59,679 bases of DNA from Gracilinanus agilis (GCF_016433145.1 NC_058130.1:5584373-5644051), one strand, 5' to 3'; counted from the stretch's first letter, positions 1 to 11,054 are shown. The notes: a model not told the origin generated them from the letters alone. Numbers and translations: made by a program.

Positions 1-64
<64 letters not shown>
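1..64. repeat. (TC)n microsatellite, running off the window start
   Basis: Uninterrupted TC dinucleotide run. Confidence 0.98.
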
Positions 65-67
<3 letters not shown>

Positions 68-508
68 CTACCTTCCTAAGTGGCCTCTTGCAGGAGGCAG
101 GATTTGAGCTGAGTCTTGGAGATGCCAGGAAGTGGACATCAGACTCAGTAGGTGTCAGAAGTGACATTTGAGCTCGTCTTCCTTGTTCTAAAGTGAAGTT
201 TCCAGCCACTGTATCTTGCTAACTCTCCTGTGGCTGATAAAAATATTGCCCAGCACAAGGCTAAGCCTAGATCTTTATTCATTGAGAAACTGTTGTCTCT
301 TATAAGACTCCTTCAGGGAAGAGTCCGAGGCTCTTCATTCGGAATTCGGCGGGTGATTGTTTCCGCTTCCCTCATTTCCGTACAGTCCCAGGACGTTTCT
401 GCTAGCTGACTTGGGGTGAAGAGTCTCCTTCCTCGGGGGCAGAGTGGGGCGGTCTTGGGGATCTGCTTGTCCGTGGAGAGGAGTTGACCAAGCTCTCGTT
501 GACTTTAG

Positions 509-673
509 GCACAACTACTTGGAGAGAGCTGATGGAATGAGAAGCCATCATGGAGGCCCAGTCCCACAGTTCCACAACCAGTGAGAAGAAGAAAGTGGAG
601 TCTCCCATCGCCAAGTGCCCCACTCGGGCGGATGTCAGCGAGAAGGCAGCAGCCTCCAGTACCACGTCCAATG
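509..673 (+). other. GLI3: GLI3 exon carrying the start codon (41 nt of 5' UTR plus 124 nt of CDS; equivalent to human exon 2)
   Basis: Acceptor ...ctcgttgacttTAG ends at 508 and donor G|GTGAGT starts at 674. The 124-nt coding length matches the human first coding exon as I recall it. The acceptor position is inferred from the nearest AG after a pyrimidine-rich stretch. Confidence 0.85.
550..673 (+). CDS. GLI3: GLI family zinc finger 3, first coding exon (residues 1-41 plus the first base of codon 42); the gene continues beyond the window
   Basis: Translates to [41 protein letters not shown], matching the human GLI3 N-terminus [41 protein letters not shown] at 34/41 positions. Strong Kozak context (gccAtcATGG) and a consensus GTGAGT donor. 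Confidence 0.97.
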
Positions 674-1554
674 GTGAGTGCCAGTGGGCTGCCAGTGCCA
701 CTGAGATTTCCTATGTTCCCAGTAAACCGCCCCTTTGCACCTGGATCTCTGCTCCTTCTATAGACAAAGGAAGCGGAGCAGGATGGGGGCCGACGGGAGG
801 GGGGAGGGTTCAATAATTCTTGTTGTGACACCAGACGCACAACTGGCCTTCCCAACTTTCTAATGTGAGAGGTTGTTTCTTATAGGAAGTTCCTGTTTTG
901 GCATTTGGGAAATCATCCTGATTAGTCTGGCAGGAGTTCAAAATATTTAGCATTGTGCCACCGAGATCCCTCACACTCATCGGAATAATGAGTTTTTACA
1001 AAAGACACACAAGTGGCCTCGTCACCCGGTTGTTGGAAGGATCCCCCCCCCCCAATAAAGTCAGCCACAGTAGAGGAAACCTAGCGGTGCCCAGCTAATT
1101 CCTGGCTCTCAGACTGACAGGACAGCGACTGTCCTGAGGAGTTGATTTGGGAAGTCTTAACACTGGCAGATTTTCGTGGAGGGTTTGGCTTATTTCCTTA
1201 TTTTGGGAATCTCCTTGATTGTCTTTAGGAAGTCATTTGTCTCCCACAATTCCTGAGGGGCAGCTTTTCAAGTTTTAATGAAACTTTCCAAAAGGAGTTA
1301 GTGCCTCAGCGCCAGCACTGGCCACTGGGAATAAATTCCCAAAGTCTTTTGGATAAACATTATAGCAAACGTGCTATTGGCCCAGGGCTTCATTAACCTA
1401 GTTTGTCTGGAATAGGAATTTGGTTTTCTGGAATTTTAAGGGACTATCCTCATTCTTTCACCTCACTGAAGGTTAACACATGCCTTATGACTAGGGAAAA
1501 TGAGTCAGATTGATACCAGATTATATTGGGAATCCTAGGGGTAGAGGGGAGAGT

Positions 1555-1720
1555 GAAAAAGGACCTCAGGGGCCATCTAGTCTGACATTCCCATTTTGTA
1601 GATGAGGAAACTGAGGCCCAAAGAAGTTAATTGGTTTACTCAAGGTCACGAAAGTCTGAGAGCTAAGATTTGAACTCAGGTCCTCTGCCTCCAGAGTAAG
1701 TGCTCTTCCCACTGTATTCA
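1555..1720 (-). mobile_element. MIR/MIR3 CORE-SINE
   Basis: Contains the CORE segment cccattttgtagatgaggaaactgaggccc...aaggtcac...gatttgaactcagg. Confidence 0.85.
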
Positions 1721-1834
1721 TATCCTCCACTTTGCAAAATGGGTATTCTTCTTGGCTTAGGAACAGAGTTCGAGAACTGGGGATGTCTGTGGTAATAGGT
1801 ATTCTATTTCCATCAGAAATGGAACAGCCCCCTC

Positions 1835-2060
1835 GTGCCCTCTGTCTCTGTCTCGATTTCTCTTCCTCCCCACGTCTCTCTCCAATCTCTCTCTCTGTCT
1901 TTTCCTGTCTCCCTTCCTTTCTCTCTCTGTTTCTTTCTTCTATCTCTTTTTTTTGTCTCTCTCACCTTCCTTTCTTCTCTGTCTCCGTTTCTCTCTCTCT
2001 GACTTTGTTTCTCTCTCTGTCACTCTCTTTCTCTTTCTATCCTTCCTCTCTCCCTCCCAG
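1835..2060. repeat. Degenerate TC-rich polypyrimidine tract
   Basis: About 225 nt of ctct/tttc/tgtc units. Confidence 0.9.
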
Positions 2061-2844
2061 TGTGCTTATGCTTTATTTACTGCTAATGAGAGCTCAAGGG
2101 GAGTAGGGGATAGCCTTGGAGGAAGGAAGATGGGTTCAAGTTTGATTTCTGATCCATGTGGCCTTTGAGATGCTGGACAAGCCACTTCACTTATCAGTGT
2201 CCCAAATAGCTGCCTTAAGCCATAAGCTGCAGGGCAGGGTGACAGAAGCATTGTCCTCCCCTTGGAGTTTCTGATCCTGATGAAATCCCAAGACTAGACC
2301 AAAACAAAGTGCTCCGTTCTTCGCAGGTCTGATGACGGCTCTTTCATTTAAGCTTGGTAGGTAAGTTAGAGTCTTTCTGAGAAAAGGGCATCCCCAGCAG
2401 TGCATTAGGGGAAGTCTAGAGGAGGCTGAAGACTCAGCTCAGATTGACTTTGGGATGTGGCATCAGAAAGTCTGTTTCTCATGAGGGCCAGTCACCTTCC
2501 TGCCACGGATTGGTTTGTGTCCCTCTAATTTCTAGTCTCCACGTGGTTTTTCTAGTTGGAGGAGTGGGCAGAGGTGGGTTTGATTGCTGTGGCATGAGGG
2601 GAGGCAGGCATCGGTGGCCTGTTAGGCTCATTGGAGGAGAATTCATATTCTGAGGTGATACTTTGAACATTCTTTACTTTTATGCCACTTAGAAGGATTT
2701 AAAAATAGATGTCTTTACTTCTGTGGAGAGAGAGAGAAAGAGATAGAGAGGGTGGGAGGAGGAAGAATTGACACAGTGAGCAATAGAGAAAGACACAGAC
2801 ACAGAGAGAACTAGTCACAGAGAAGAAAGAAAAGCAGCAAAATG

Positions 2845-2975
2845 GGACAGAGAATAGGTTCAAGAAACCTGGAGTCAAGAAGGCCAGGATGTGAATTCTG
2901 TCTCTAATGATTATTAGCTTTGTGATTCTAGGCAAATGACATGCCCTCTCTAAGCTCCAGGCTTCTCTCTAGGAG
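2845..2975 (+). mobile_element. MIR-type SINE fragment
   Basis: ctggagtcaagaaggccaggatgtgaattc...tgtgattctaggcaaatgac resembles the tRNA-derived head plus CORE. Confidence 0.7.
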
Positions 2976-3334
2976 TTACTTCTGAAGTCATGAGTTATCT
3001 CTAGGTATGCAACTATTGAGCTCTGTTCTGTTTTTGTCTTCAAAATAAAGTGAGAAACGGAATTTATTTTGTCTGAGATTTGATGTTTTATTTTATTTTT
3101 TCTACCTCCCCCCCAAAAACCAAATAAAACCTCAAGAGTGTGCTTAATAAAAAGAAAGAAAAAAGTCCACTTCTTATCCAGCTCTCCAGAAGTGAGATGG
3201 GTCAACCCCCTCCTGAGGTGGTGAACTGCTTCCTTAGAGAGACTCAGACAGAGATCGAACAACCATTTGTTGAGATTTTTGTAGTGTGGAATCTTTTTTA
3301 GGTCAAGTCTGGATTAGTATCACAAATTCATTGA

Positions 3335-3500
3335 TTTGGAGATGAAAGGGATTTTCAGGGCCATCGAGACCCCATCTCTCTCCATTTTACCTACTGAAGA
3401 AACTATAGCGTCTAGAAGTTTAATTATTTACCCAAGATCATGCAGCTCACAAATAGCCAAGTCAGGATTCACACCCCCATTCTCTAAAACCCCAATCCAG
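3335..3500 (-). mobile_element. MIR3-type SINE
   Basis: Degenerate CORE: ccattttacctactgaagaaactata...cccaagatcatgcagct...ggattcacaccc. Confidence 0.7.
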
Positions 3501-3551
3501 CCCTCTTTATTTTTTTGTCCTTTATTCTTTCATTCATTCATCCATTCATTC

Positions 3552-4047
3552 ATTTATTAAATTTTATTTAATTGATTAGTTAAGAAAAATTTTCCCTGGT
3601 TACATGATTCATGTTCTTTCTCTATCCTCCCACCCCCCTCCTGTAGCCAACATGAAATTCCACTGGTTTTACACGTGTCATTGAGCAAGACCTATTTCCA
3701 TATTATTGACAGTTGGCCTAGAGTTATCGTTTAGAGACTGCATCCCCAATCATATACCCATCAGCCCATGTGTTCAAGCAGTTGTTTTTCTTCTGGGTTT
3801 CTGCTCCCACAGTTCTTCCTCTGGATGTGGATACATTCTTTCTCATAAGTCCCTCTGAATTGTCCTGGATCACTGCATTGCTGCTAGTACAGAAGTCAGT
3901 TACATTCGATGGTGCTACAATGTATCCGTCTCTGTGTACAATGTTTTCCTGGTTCTGCTGCTTTCACTCTGCATCAGTTCCTGGAGGTTATTCCAGTTCC
4001 CATGGAATTCGTCCAGTTCATTATTCTTTTTAGCACAATAGTATTCC
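3552..4047 (-). mobile_element. Marsupial L1, 3' end fragment
   Basis: T-rich tail followed by typical antisense L1 3' UTR/ORF2-end sequence (ggttacatgattcatg, gtacaatgttttcctggttctgct, gcacaatagtattcc). Confidence 0.85.
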
Positions 4048-4445
4048 TCTAGCCTTCTTTAGTATGATCCTCTGAGGTGCCTCCCATCTGAGAAAGTATA
4101 GGATAAGTGGTGGAATATTTTCTTTTTTAAAAAAAATAGCTTTACTTTTCCTCTCCCCAAAATACGTACCAAGAGATAACTTTGCTCTTGTTTCTTGGTC
4201 TAAGAATGCTTTAATGTTCTAGACCCCAGCTGAGTCCCTTTGGGCATTTGCTGCAAATTAAGTACTGTGTTGTTTGGAACAGGCATCCTTGTGTTTTTGG
4301 TCTCCTAGTCATCCCAACAATTTGAACTGTCCAAAGTAAAACATCCTTGGATCCCCCTCATTGGAGATCACAAAGTGGATGCTTGATGACCACTTCTTGG
4401 GTCTCCCGTAGTGTACTTTTCTTTTATAAACAGGTTGGACTATAT

Positions 4446-4924
4446 CAGCTGTTCTTAAACCCTTTGTCTTAAGAAACCTTTACTCTCTTGAAAATTATTC
4501 AGGATCCCAAAGAGGACCTGCTTACATGATTTCTATCCATTGTTATTTGTCAAATCAGAAATTAAAATGTCTTAGTATTATGATGAAAATTGTTTTGATG
4601 TTGTGAATCTTGTGGCTACCTGAAATGGTCTCAGGGTAGCTAGATGGCTCAGTGCTAGTCTTGGAGTCAGGAAGATGGGAGTTCAAATCCAGCATCAGAC
4701 ACTAGCTGTGTGACCTGGGCAGGTCATCTAACATCTGTTTGTCTTGATCCACTGGAGAAGGAAATGATCAGTAATTCAGTTTCTTTGTCAAGAAAACCTC
4801 ATGAATGGTGGAGCCAATGTGCTGGGGGGGGGGGGGGTCAGACATGACAGAATTAACTGAATAATAAGAAAAAGGGGTCTCAGGGACCTCAAGGATTCCC
4901 CAGATCCCACTTTGAGAATCACTG
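4446..4924. mobile_element. Non-autonomous hAT/Charlie-type DNA transposon
   Basis: Ends CAGCTGTTCTTAAA and TTTGAGAATCACTG (degenerate CAGTGGTTCTCAAA TIR). 8-bp TSD gactatat (4438-4445) / gactagat (4925-4932). Interior resembles Charlie1-type sequence. Confidence 0.8.
4634..4875 (+). mobile_element. MAR1-type SINE nested in the Charlie element
   Basis: tRNA head and CORE followed by an RTE-derived tail (ctggagaaggaaatg...ctttgtcaagaaaacc...cagacatgac...actgaataataa). Duplicated flank ggtctcaggg at 4627-4636 and 4876-4885. Confidence 0.85.
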
Positions 4925-5804
4925 GACTAGATGGTGACTGACATCCCTTCCGATTCTCTGATTTGGCCATTTGGTTCTTCCAGAGATGGAATTAGACGTA
5001 AAGATTCTCTTTGTTTTTGTTTTAAGTGAGGCGAGACTGTACACTGAATGGCCATTGGTTTGTTTATGAAATGAAATGACATTTGACCCCCTTCTCCTAT
5101 TGGCCAGCACCTGCTAGGACAGGCAGCAGCCGCCCCCTCCTAAAGCTGCCCCCTGCCTCTCCTTTCTTTTGGGGAGGGCTTGGTCAGGGCAGAGTTGTTC
5201 AGGCAGCGCTTGATTGAGTGACAGCCGTCTACGGAGGGCTCCAAGAATCAGGCACCCTCTTCGGATGGTGCCGGAGATTCCTTCTACAAGGCAGAAATGG
5301 AATTCATTTTTTCAAGGAGAAAGAAAAATGCCCTCCAGTAAATGAACGTGAAATGGGAGTTTTCGGCAGAGCTTGTAATCCTGGGGAAGGAAGCACTCGG
5401 GAAGAAAGAGGAAAATGGGTTTGATTCATTTTCTTTGTTGCTTTTCTTCAGTGACAGATGAGAGCTTCCATGTACCCCTGGGCTTCTGGTGAATGGGGGG
5501 CGTGGATCACTTAGGGAGGCAGAGCTCCCAGGTCTATTGTTGAAACTCCCCACCTGAGACTGGGCTCTATGGCTCTACTTGGGCAGGGGATGTGACTGGG
5601 CCGTGGGGGTGGGGCAGTAGAACCATGTCAAGAAAAGTCTTCCTGCCAATTCCTGTTGTCCCAGAGTCACATGGGCTACCTCAGGAAGCGAAGGGCAGTG
5701 GGTGCCCTCCTGTGCCAGAAGCCTTCAAGTCAAAGCCAGATGTCTCCTGGCCATAGTCAGGATTCCTGATCACGTCCACATTAGACTAGGTTCAATCCAA
5801 ACTG

Positions 5805-6830
5805 AGCATTTACCTGGCCAACAAGCACTTATTAACCACCTACTGAGTGTGATGCACTGTCTTAAGAAGTCAGGATAGAAAAGAAGTGAAAACAGTGCCT
5901 GCCCTCAGGCTGCTTCTATTCTCCTTTCTTAGGGCCTTCCTCTGGAGGTGCCAAGCACAGTTCTGGACACACATGAAACCTGCTGTTACCTTTTCAGGGA
6001 GCTCCTGTTCTCTTGGGAGAAACAACACCTACACTAAACAAATGGCAACGAAGGCAATTCAGGTTCAGAAAAGAGTGCCGCCACATGGCAGAAGCAGGGA
6101 AATCCTCAGGCAGCAGGTGGTTAGTGCTTGGCCCGAGGCATAAAGGGAGCGAGGGGTTTGGAGAGCCCGAGGTGGGGAGGATGAACCTTTCAGCCAGGGG
6201 ACAGCCAGTGCAGAGGAAAAGAAGAGCCGGAGATGGAAGGTGGTGGATGCTGAGTGTCAAGAAATCCAGTTTGGCCAGAAGGTCCAGTAGATGAGGAGGA
6301 GGGAAACAGGACATCATGAAGGAAGATGGGACTAAAGTCAGCTTGTGAAGGATTTTTTTTTAACCCTCAACTTCTGTGTATTGGCTCTAGGTGGAAGAGT
6401 GGTAAGGGTGGGCAATGGGGGTCAAGTGACTTGCCCAGGGTCACCCAGCTGGGAAGTGGCTGAGGCCAGATTTGAACCCAGGACCTCCCGTCTCTAGGCC
6501 TGGCTCTCCATCCACTGAGCTATTCAGCTGCTCCCTTGTGAAGGATTTTAAAGACCAAACAGAGCTGGAGTTTGTCATTGAAGAGAGGCTGGAGGGAGCC
6601 TTGGAGGCCCATTCCCACTTTGAGATTCCGGGAAGTTGTTCTCCCAAATTAGCCCATTCCCTGTGGAATACCTAGAAGACAGGGACGTCTCATGAAAGCT
6701 TGTAGTGGTGGGTCTGAGGGGGCTGGATGTACACCACAGGGCTCTTGGGATTGAGGAGACTTTGAAGGCTGGGGCCATGCCAGCTGGGGACTGTTCCAAG
6801 ATGGCAGGGAGTTGTAGAAGAGGGCACTCT
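5805..6830 (-). mobile_element. L2 remnant interrupted by a SINE1
   Basis: L2 3' end signature (aagcacttattaaccacctactgagtgtg...cctgccctcagg) followed by purine-rich antisense L2 body. Confidence 0.65.
6353..6534 (-). mobile_element. Opossum SINE1 (SINE1_Mdo-like)
   Basis: Full-length reverse copy. TSD cttgtgaaggatttt at 6342-6356 and 6535-6549. Confidence 0.95.
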
Positions 6831-7204
6831 TGAGACTTATTTTACTCGTTTGCTAAAACATACACGTTTTGTGATGACGGCTCTGTTGAGTGTCCAGAAA
6901 AGAAGAAAAATCATTAAGCCTCCTACCAGACAGCAACAGGTCAGCGCTCCGCTGGTGTTGCCATCATCAGGCCCTGATCCGAGAGTTCAGCTATAAACCC
7001 TGGAAAAAATGAAACTTTGATCTAAGCCCAACATCGTCATGTAAGGCTGTAACAAATTGATCCGCGGCCTCCGAAGCTTTCTGCTTAGAATCTGGCCTCT
7101 CCTCCCTCCTACCCTTGTGATCTGGGGTCGTCGTGCTCACCTCTCCAGGGCTTGGGCCCCACTTTGCCCAGCTGTGAAACCAGAGCTTGGGCCCCGACGG
7201 CCTT

Positions 7205-8175
7205 TAGCACCCAGCTCAGCCCTGTAGTCTTTAAGATGAGTCCGTCTAAATCTAATGTTTTACAGATGAAGAAAACGAGGTCCAGAGGCGAAGTGACTTA
7301 CCTCAGGCTACACACCTGTGTGTGGAATAGTCCAGAATCGCAGCAATTCCTTCCCTCGTCTTCTGACTACGTTTCATGCTCACTCCATTCCAAGAGGATT
7401 TTTTGAAAATTTTACCCCAAACTTTCCTTGCGTGTTCTCTTCCCCTTGGAATGGAAGCTTCTTGAAAGTAGGTAACATCCTGCTTCTTGATTTCTAACTC
7501 TAGCTCTTAGCCCAGGGCTTTGCTCACGGGAAATGCTTAATGAATAGCTTTTTATCCATCCATCCGTCCATCCGTCCATCCATCCATCCATCCATCCATC
7601 CATCCATCCATCCATGCATGCATTCATTCATTCATTCATTCATTCATTATCTGTTACAGTTTTCTCTTGATTTTTTTTTTTGGATGTAGAATCCCATAAC
7701 TGTCCAAATCTCACTTCTCCTACTTTTTCCTTGTGTGACTTGGAGGGAATCAGTGAAGTTCTCTGGCGATCAGTTGAACATTTGTAAAATGAGGGCGTTG
7801 GACTAGGTGACTCTACCGTCCCTCCTGGCTCCAAAGCCAGGACTCTATGACCCCCTCCCTCTTCTCCCCACCACTGCGTAAACTCAGCATTTTCTCCTGG
7901 CGTGCCATCCATGTAGGAATTTTTGAATACCGTATGAAAGGATTAAGCATCGTTTTAAATATGAAGCTACCAGAATCCTAGTTTTTAAGCCTTGTTAGAC
8001 TAGATGGAGTAGATGGAGTCCTGGCTCCGGGGCCCCAGAGAAGTGGGTTCTGCTCCCTCCCGAGGTGCCGGGTGAGTCTGGGCAGGGTGAAGAATTGCTG
8101 GGTTTTCATTTTCTCAGCTGTAAAACGAGGGGTTTGATCTCACTGGCCTCCCAAGTTCCTTCAGCTCGAAATCTC
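7205..8175. mobile_element. Cluster of old repeats: MIR3 (-) about 7205-7370, L2 3' end (+) about 7410-7553, MIR3 (+) about 7690-7850 and 8000-8175
   Basis: CORE motifs (ttttacagatgaagaaaacgagg; tgtaaaatgagggcgttggactagg) and an L2 tail (tgcttaatgaata). Confidence 0.7.
7554..7648. repeat. Compound (TCCA)n-(CATT)n microsatellite
   Basis: Directly visible; follows an L2 3' end. Confidence 0.95.
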
Positions 8176-10820
8176 GGCCTGGGCCCATAACAACTTCAAA
8201 GACCCACGTGGAAACCATGCCTGCGCTGCTTTGTTATGGGATCTTTAAGAACTTGTTTTGTAAGTTTAAAAAAGCCAATTAAGGACCGCGTTAATCAAAA
8301 GGCTTTCCCCGAATCAGACACTGATGCCCCTGGATGCATTTGCCAGGTGCCACTCGTTGGGAGGCCTGCCTTGGCACCTGTCCCCCTCCCCAGTCATCAT
8401 GGCTCTCTCCCTCTCGAAATTATTCGGTCTCTACTTTCTATTGACTTCACTGGGCCTACGTCGTATCCCATTTCTCCTCGACAATGGCGGTCCTTTCCTT
8501 TGGCCTTTGCCTCCTCAGGATTGAATATGATGCCTCATACGGAATGAGCGCGTAACATGCGTGATGCCGTGTGTCTGGATGTTAGTAGGAGTGCTTTGCA
8601 TTTGGGCTGGGGGTACCAGAACGATGTTTTTGGTCTTGAGATTTCTGGGCATTATTTGAGAAATTTGAGCCCCAAGTTTTAGGTCGCTCAATTCTTTGTC
8701 GCTGCAAGTCTTCCTTTGCCCGGAGAGCCTTGGGGACCGATGACCGCGGTAAGTCTTTGTAGCCATCGATTGTTTCCACATCAGTCCGGTCTCCCCCCTC
8801 TGCCGCCCTGATATTCTTGGGAATCGATTCCAAGAGGACTACGCTGGCATTCGACTTAGATTCCTTCAGTCCTCAGCTTCCGGCTGCCCGTCCTGTCGTT
8901 AGTCAATCAAAAGACCATTTTCTCCCCGGCTTTGGAAGGCCCGGCCGGCTATCGCAGGGCCCGAGTGTCCGCCAGGCTGGTGCTTCTTTTCAGTTTGGTG
9001 TTTTTGTGTCGTTTTTGACCTGTGAGCTTTTCCCGGTGTAATCTGATCTTTCTTATTAACCCGTTACTCCGCTGTTAGGGGAAGAAAAAAGCCCTAATTA
9101 TAAACGTATGTGGACTGTCGACTCGAAGCCCTTTAGCGGGATCAGCTAGTTATTGAGACCATACCTTCAAGTGAGAGAAAGCAGAAATTAGAATCCTAAT
9201 GGTGATGCAACGTGAAACCGAGCTTGATGGATTAATAAAAGGAGAGGAAGTTCAGTTGTCTGCGCTTTGATTCTTGCCCAAAAAGGGCGAGGTTCACCTC
9301 GGCTCTTTAAAAATGACTCTTTGAGGTTTACAAGAGAAAAGTATTTAGTGGTCTGCAGCTTCATGGGAGACACATTTCCTGTTCTAGCTTTTGCTCAGTG
9401 CCTGGCCTTGCCCTCGCTTTCAAGCTATCTATAAAATAGGTGTTAATCACTAGCCTCATTCAGCGCCTCACTGTGAGGATGGAAATCCTGCGAGGTTCTG
9501 CGGAGAGGTCAGAGTTCAGAGGTCGTTAGCCATCAGGAAACACCACAGACTATGAGCCAAGCCTCTACTGAATTCTTGCCCTTAGAAAGAATTTGGTATG
9601 GGAGCATGCTCAGACGCTCACTCGCTGAACTTCCCAAGTTTTTTTTTTTTTTTTCTTCTTTAAGCTTATCTATTTCTTTCCCTCTTGGCCACAATCCCAT
9701 TTCCTGGTTCAAAGGAGATAGGCAGAAAAGGTTTTCTGAGATGAAATAGGTCTTTCAAAAAACCATTTTGATGAGTTAAGTATAAATGAATCAGAAACAT
9801 ACGGCTTGCATTTACTTGAAAATACACACGGGCTTCGAAATTAAGGGGGGAAAGGGCTTGGCGAAAGACATTTTGAATTTTGCTGAACTCAAAGTGTTTT
9901 GAAAAATAGTTCAAGATGTTTGACGAATGGTAAACGAGGCCAGGTTTGCCCATCTCTCGAAAGGACGGCTCCTAGTCACTAAGATAATGGGGCGAGGGGC
10001 GGTGGGGGGGGGGGGGGAAGGAGGGCTTCTCTACCTTCCTTCTAAATGAGCTTTCAGTTGCCTGAAGGAAGGAGAAGAATCTTTGAAGGACTCGTTGGCT
10101 GAGCATCAGGAGTCCTTGTTGAAAAGCGGCTGTTTAAAATTCAAAGTGCAAAGGCTTGTTGATCATCTCTTCAATTTTGAGAGTCTGTTTTCTGGACCTC
10201 TTATATTCATGGGCACTGAGAAGCCAGCCTACCGTGTGCATAGGAGCATGAGTTGGGAGGTGGTCGGCAGAGAAATGGGCACGGAATGACATCTCCTATC
10301 ATGATAATATCCAACGCTTATATCATACTTTATGCTTTTCAAAATTGTTAGACATTTGCATGTCACAGTAACGGACTCTGGGATTGGCCAGGCAGAATGC
10401 TTTTTGAGCTTCTGCAGTAGGAGATGTAGGCTACGCTGTGACTCACAACAAGTGCTGTGGAATTCTTGATCCTATTCCCTCCTAATTCCTTTGGAGATGA
10501 TTTGAGCTAAAATCCATAAACAGAGGGCTTTGGCTGGGGGGTGGGGGTGGGGGGTTGGGGCGGTGGTGTCAGGGATGAAGGTCTTGGGAAGAGTCCCTTT
10601 ACCTGGAGAAATCTGGAAAGGCAATAAGCTTGTCTCCTGTATTTGGCTATTGAATGAATTCTTTTGCACTGTCCTAGAATATTGTAGGCACTCAGGGATG
10701 CATCACTGATAGTGGGCAAGCCTTCTCTGGTCCCAATGTATACTCGAAAGACTCAGGATTTTAGAGATGTGTGTGGTTTGACGGCTTCTGAGATCTTGAC
10801 CAAAGGATCTTTGTTCACCT

Positions 10821-11054
10821 AGGCAGCTAAGCGGCATAGTGGATAGGGCACTGGGTGTGGAGTTAGGTAGTCCTGAGTTCAAATTTATCCACAGACACTT
10901 ATTAACTGTGGGATTCTTGGCAAGTCACTTAATCTTTGCCTCAGTTTTCTGTCTGGTAAAATGGAGATAATAATAGCAACTACCTCCCAGAAGGTTCAAT
11001 GAAATTATAATTATAAAGCACTTGACCATAGCACATATTAAGCACTTAATAAAT
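10821..11054 (+). mobile_element. Near full-length MIR-type SINE
   Basis: ggcagctaagcggcatagtggatag head, CORE (ggcaagtcacttaatctttgcctcagttttc...taaaatggagataataatag) and L2-like tail (aagcacttaataaat). Confidence 0.9.

Larger units (their letters stand above)
4350..4965 (+). mobile_element. L3/CR1 3' end split by a DNA transposon (host pieces at about 4350-4445 and 4925-4965)
   Basis: Removing the insert rejoins caggttg|gactagatgg...acatcccttccgattctctgatt, the L3/MIR3-type 3' terminus. Confidence 0.7.

Noticed and set aside
550-816. 88-aa ORF reading through the GLI3 donor, with an AATAAA at 1054-1059
   Set aside because: Homology stops exactly at a consensus GTGAGT donor. The AATAAA lacks an obvious downstream U/GU-rich element, so there is no support for a truncated isoform without 3'-end data.
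402-855. Antisense ORFs of 99 and 116 aa over the exon
   Set aside because: Shadow frames of a GC-rich coding exon with no recognisable protein features.
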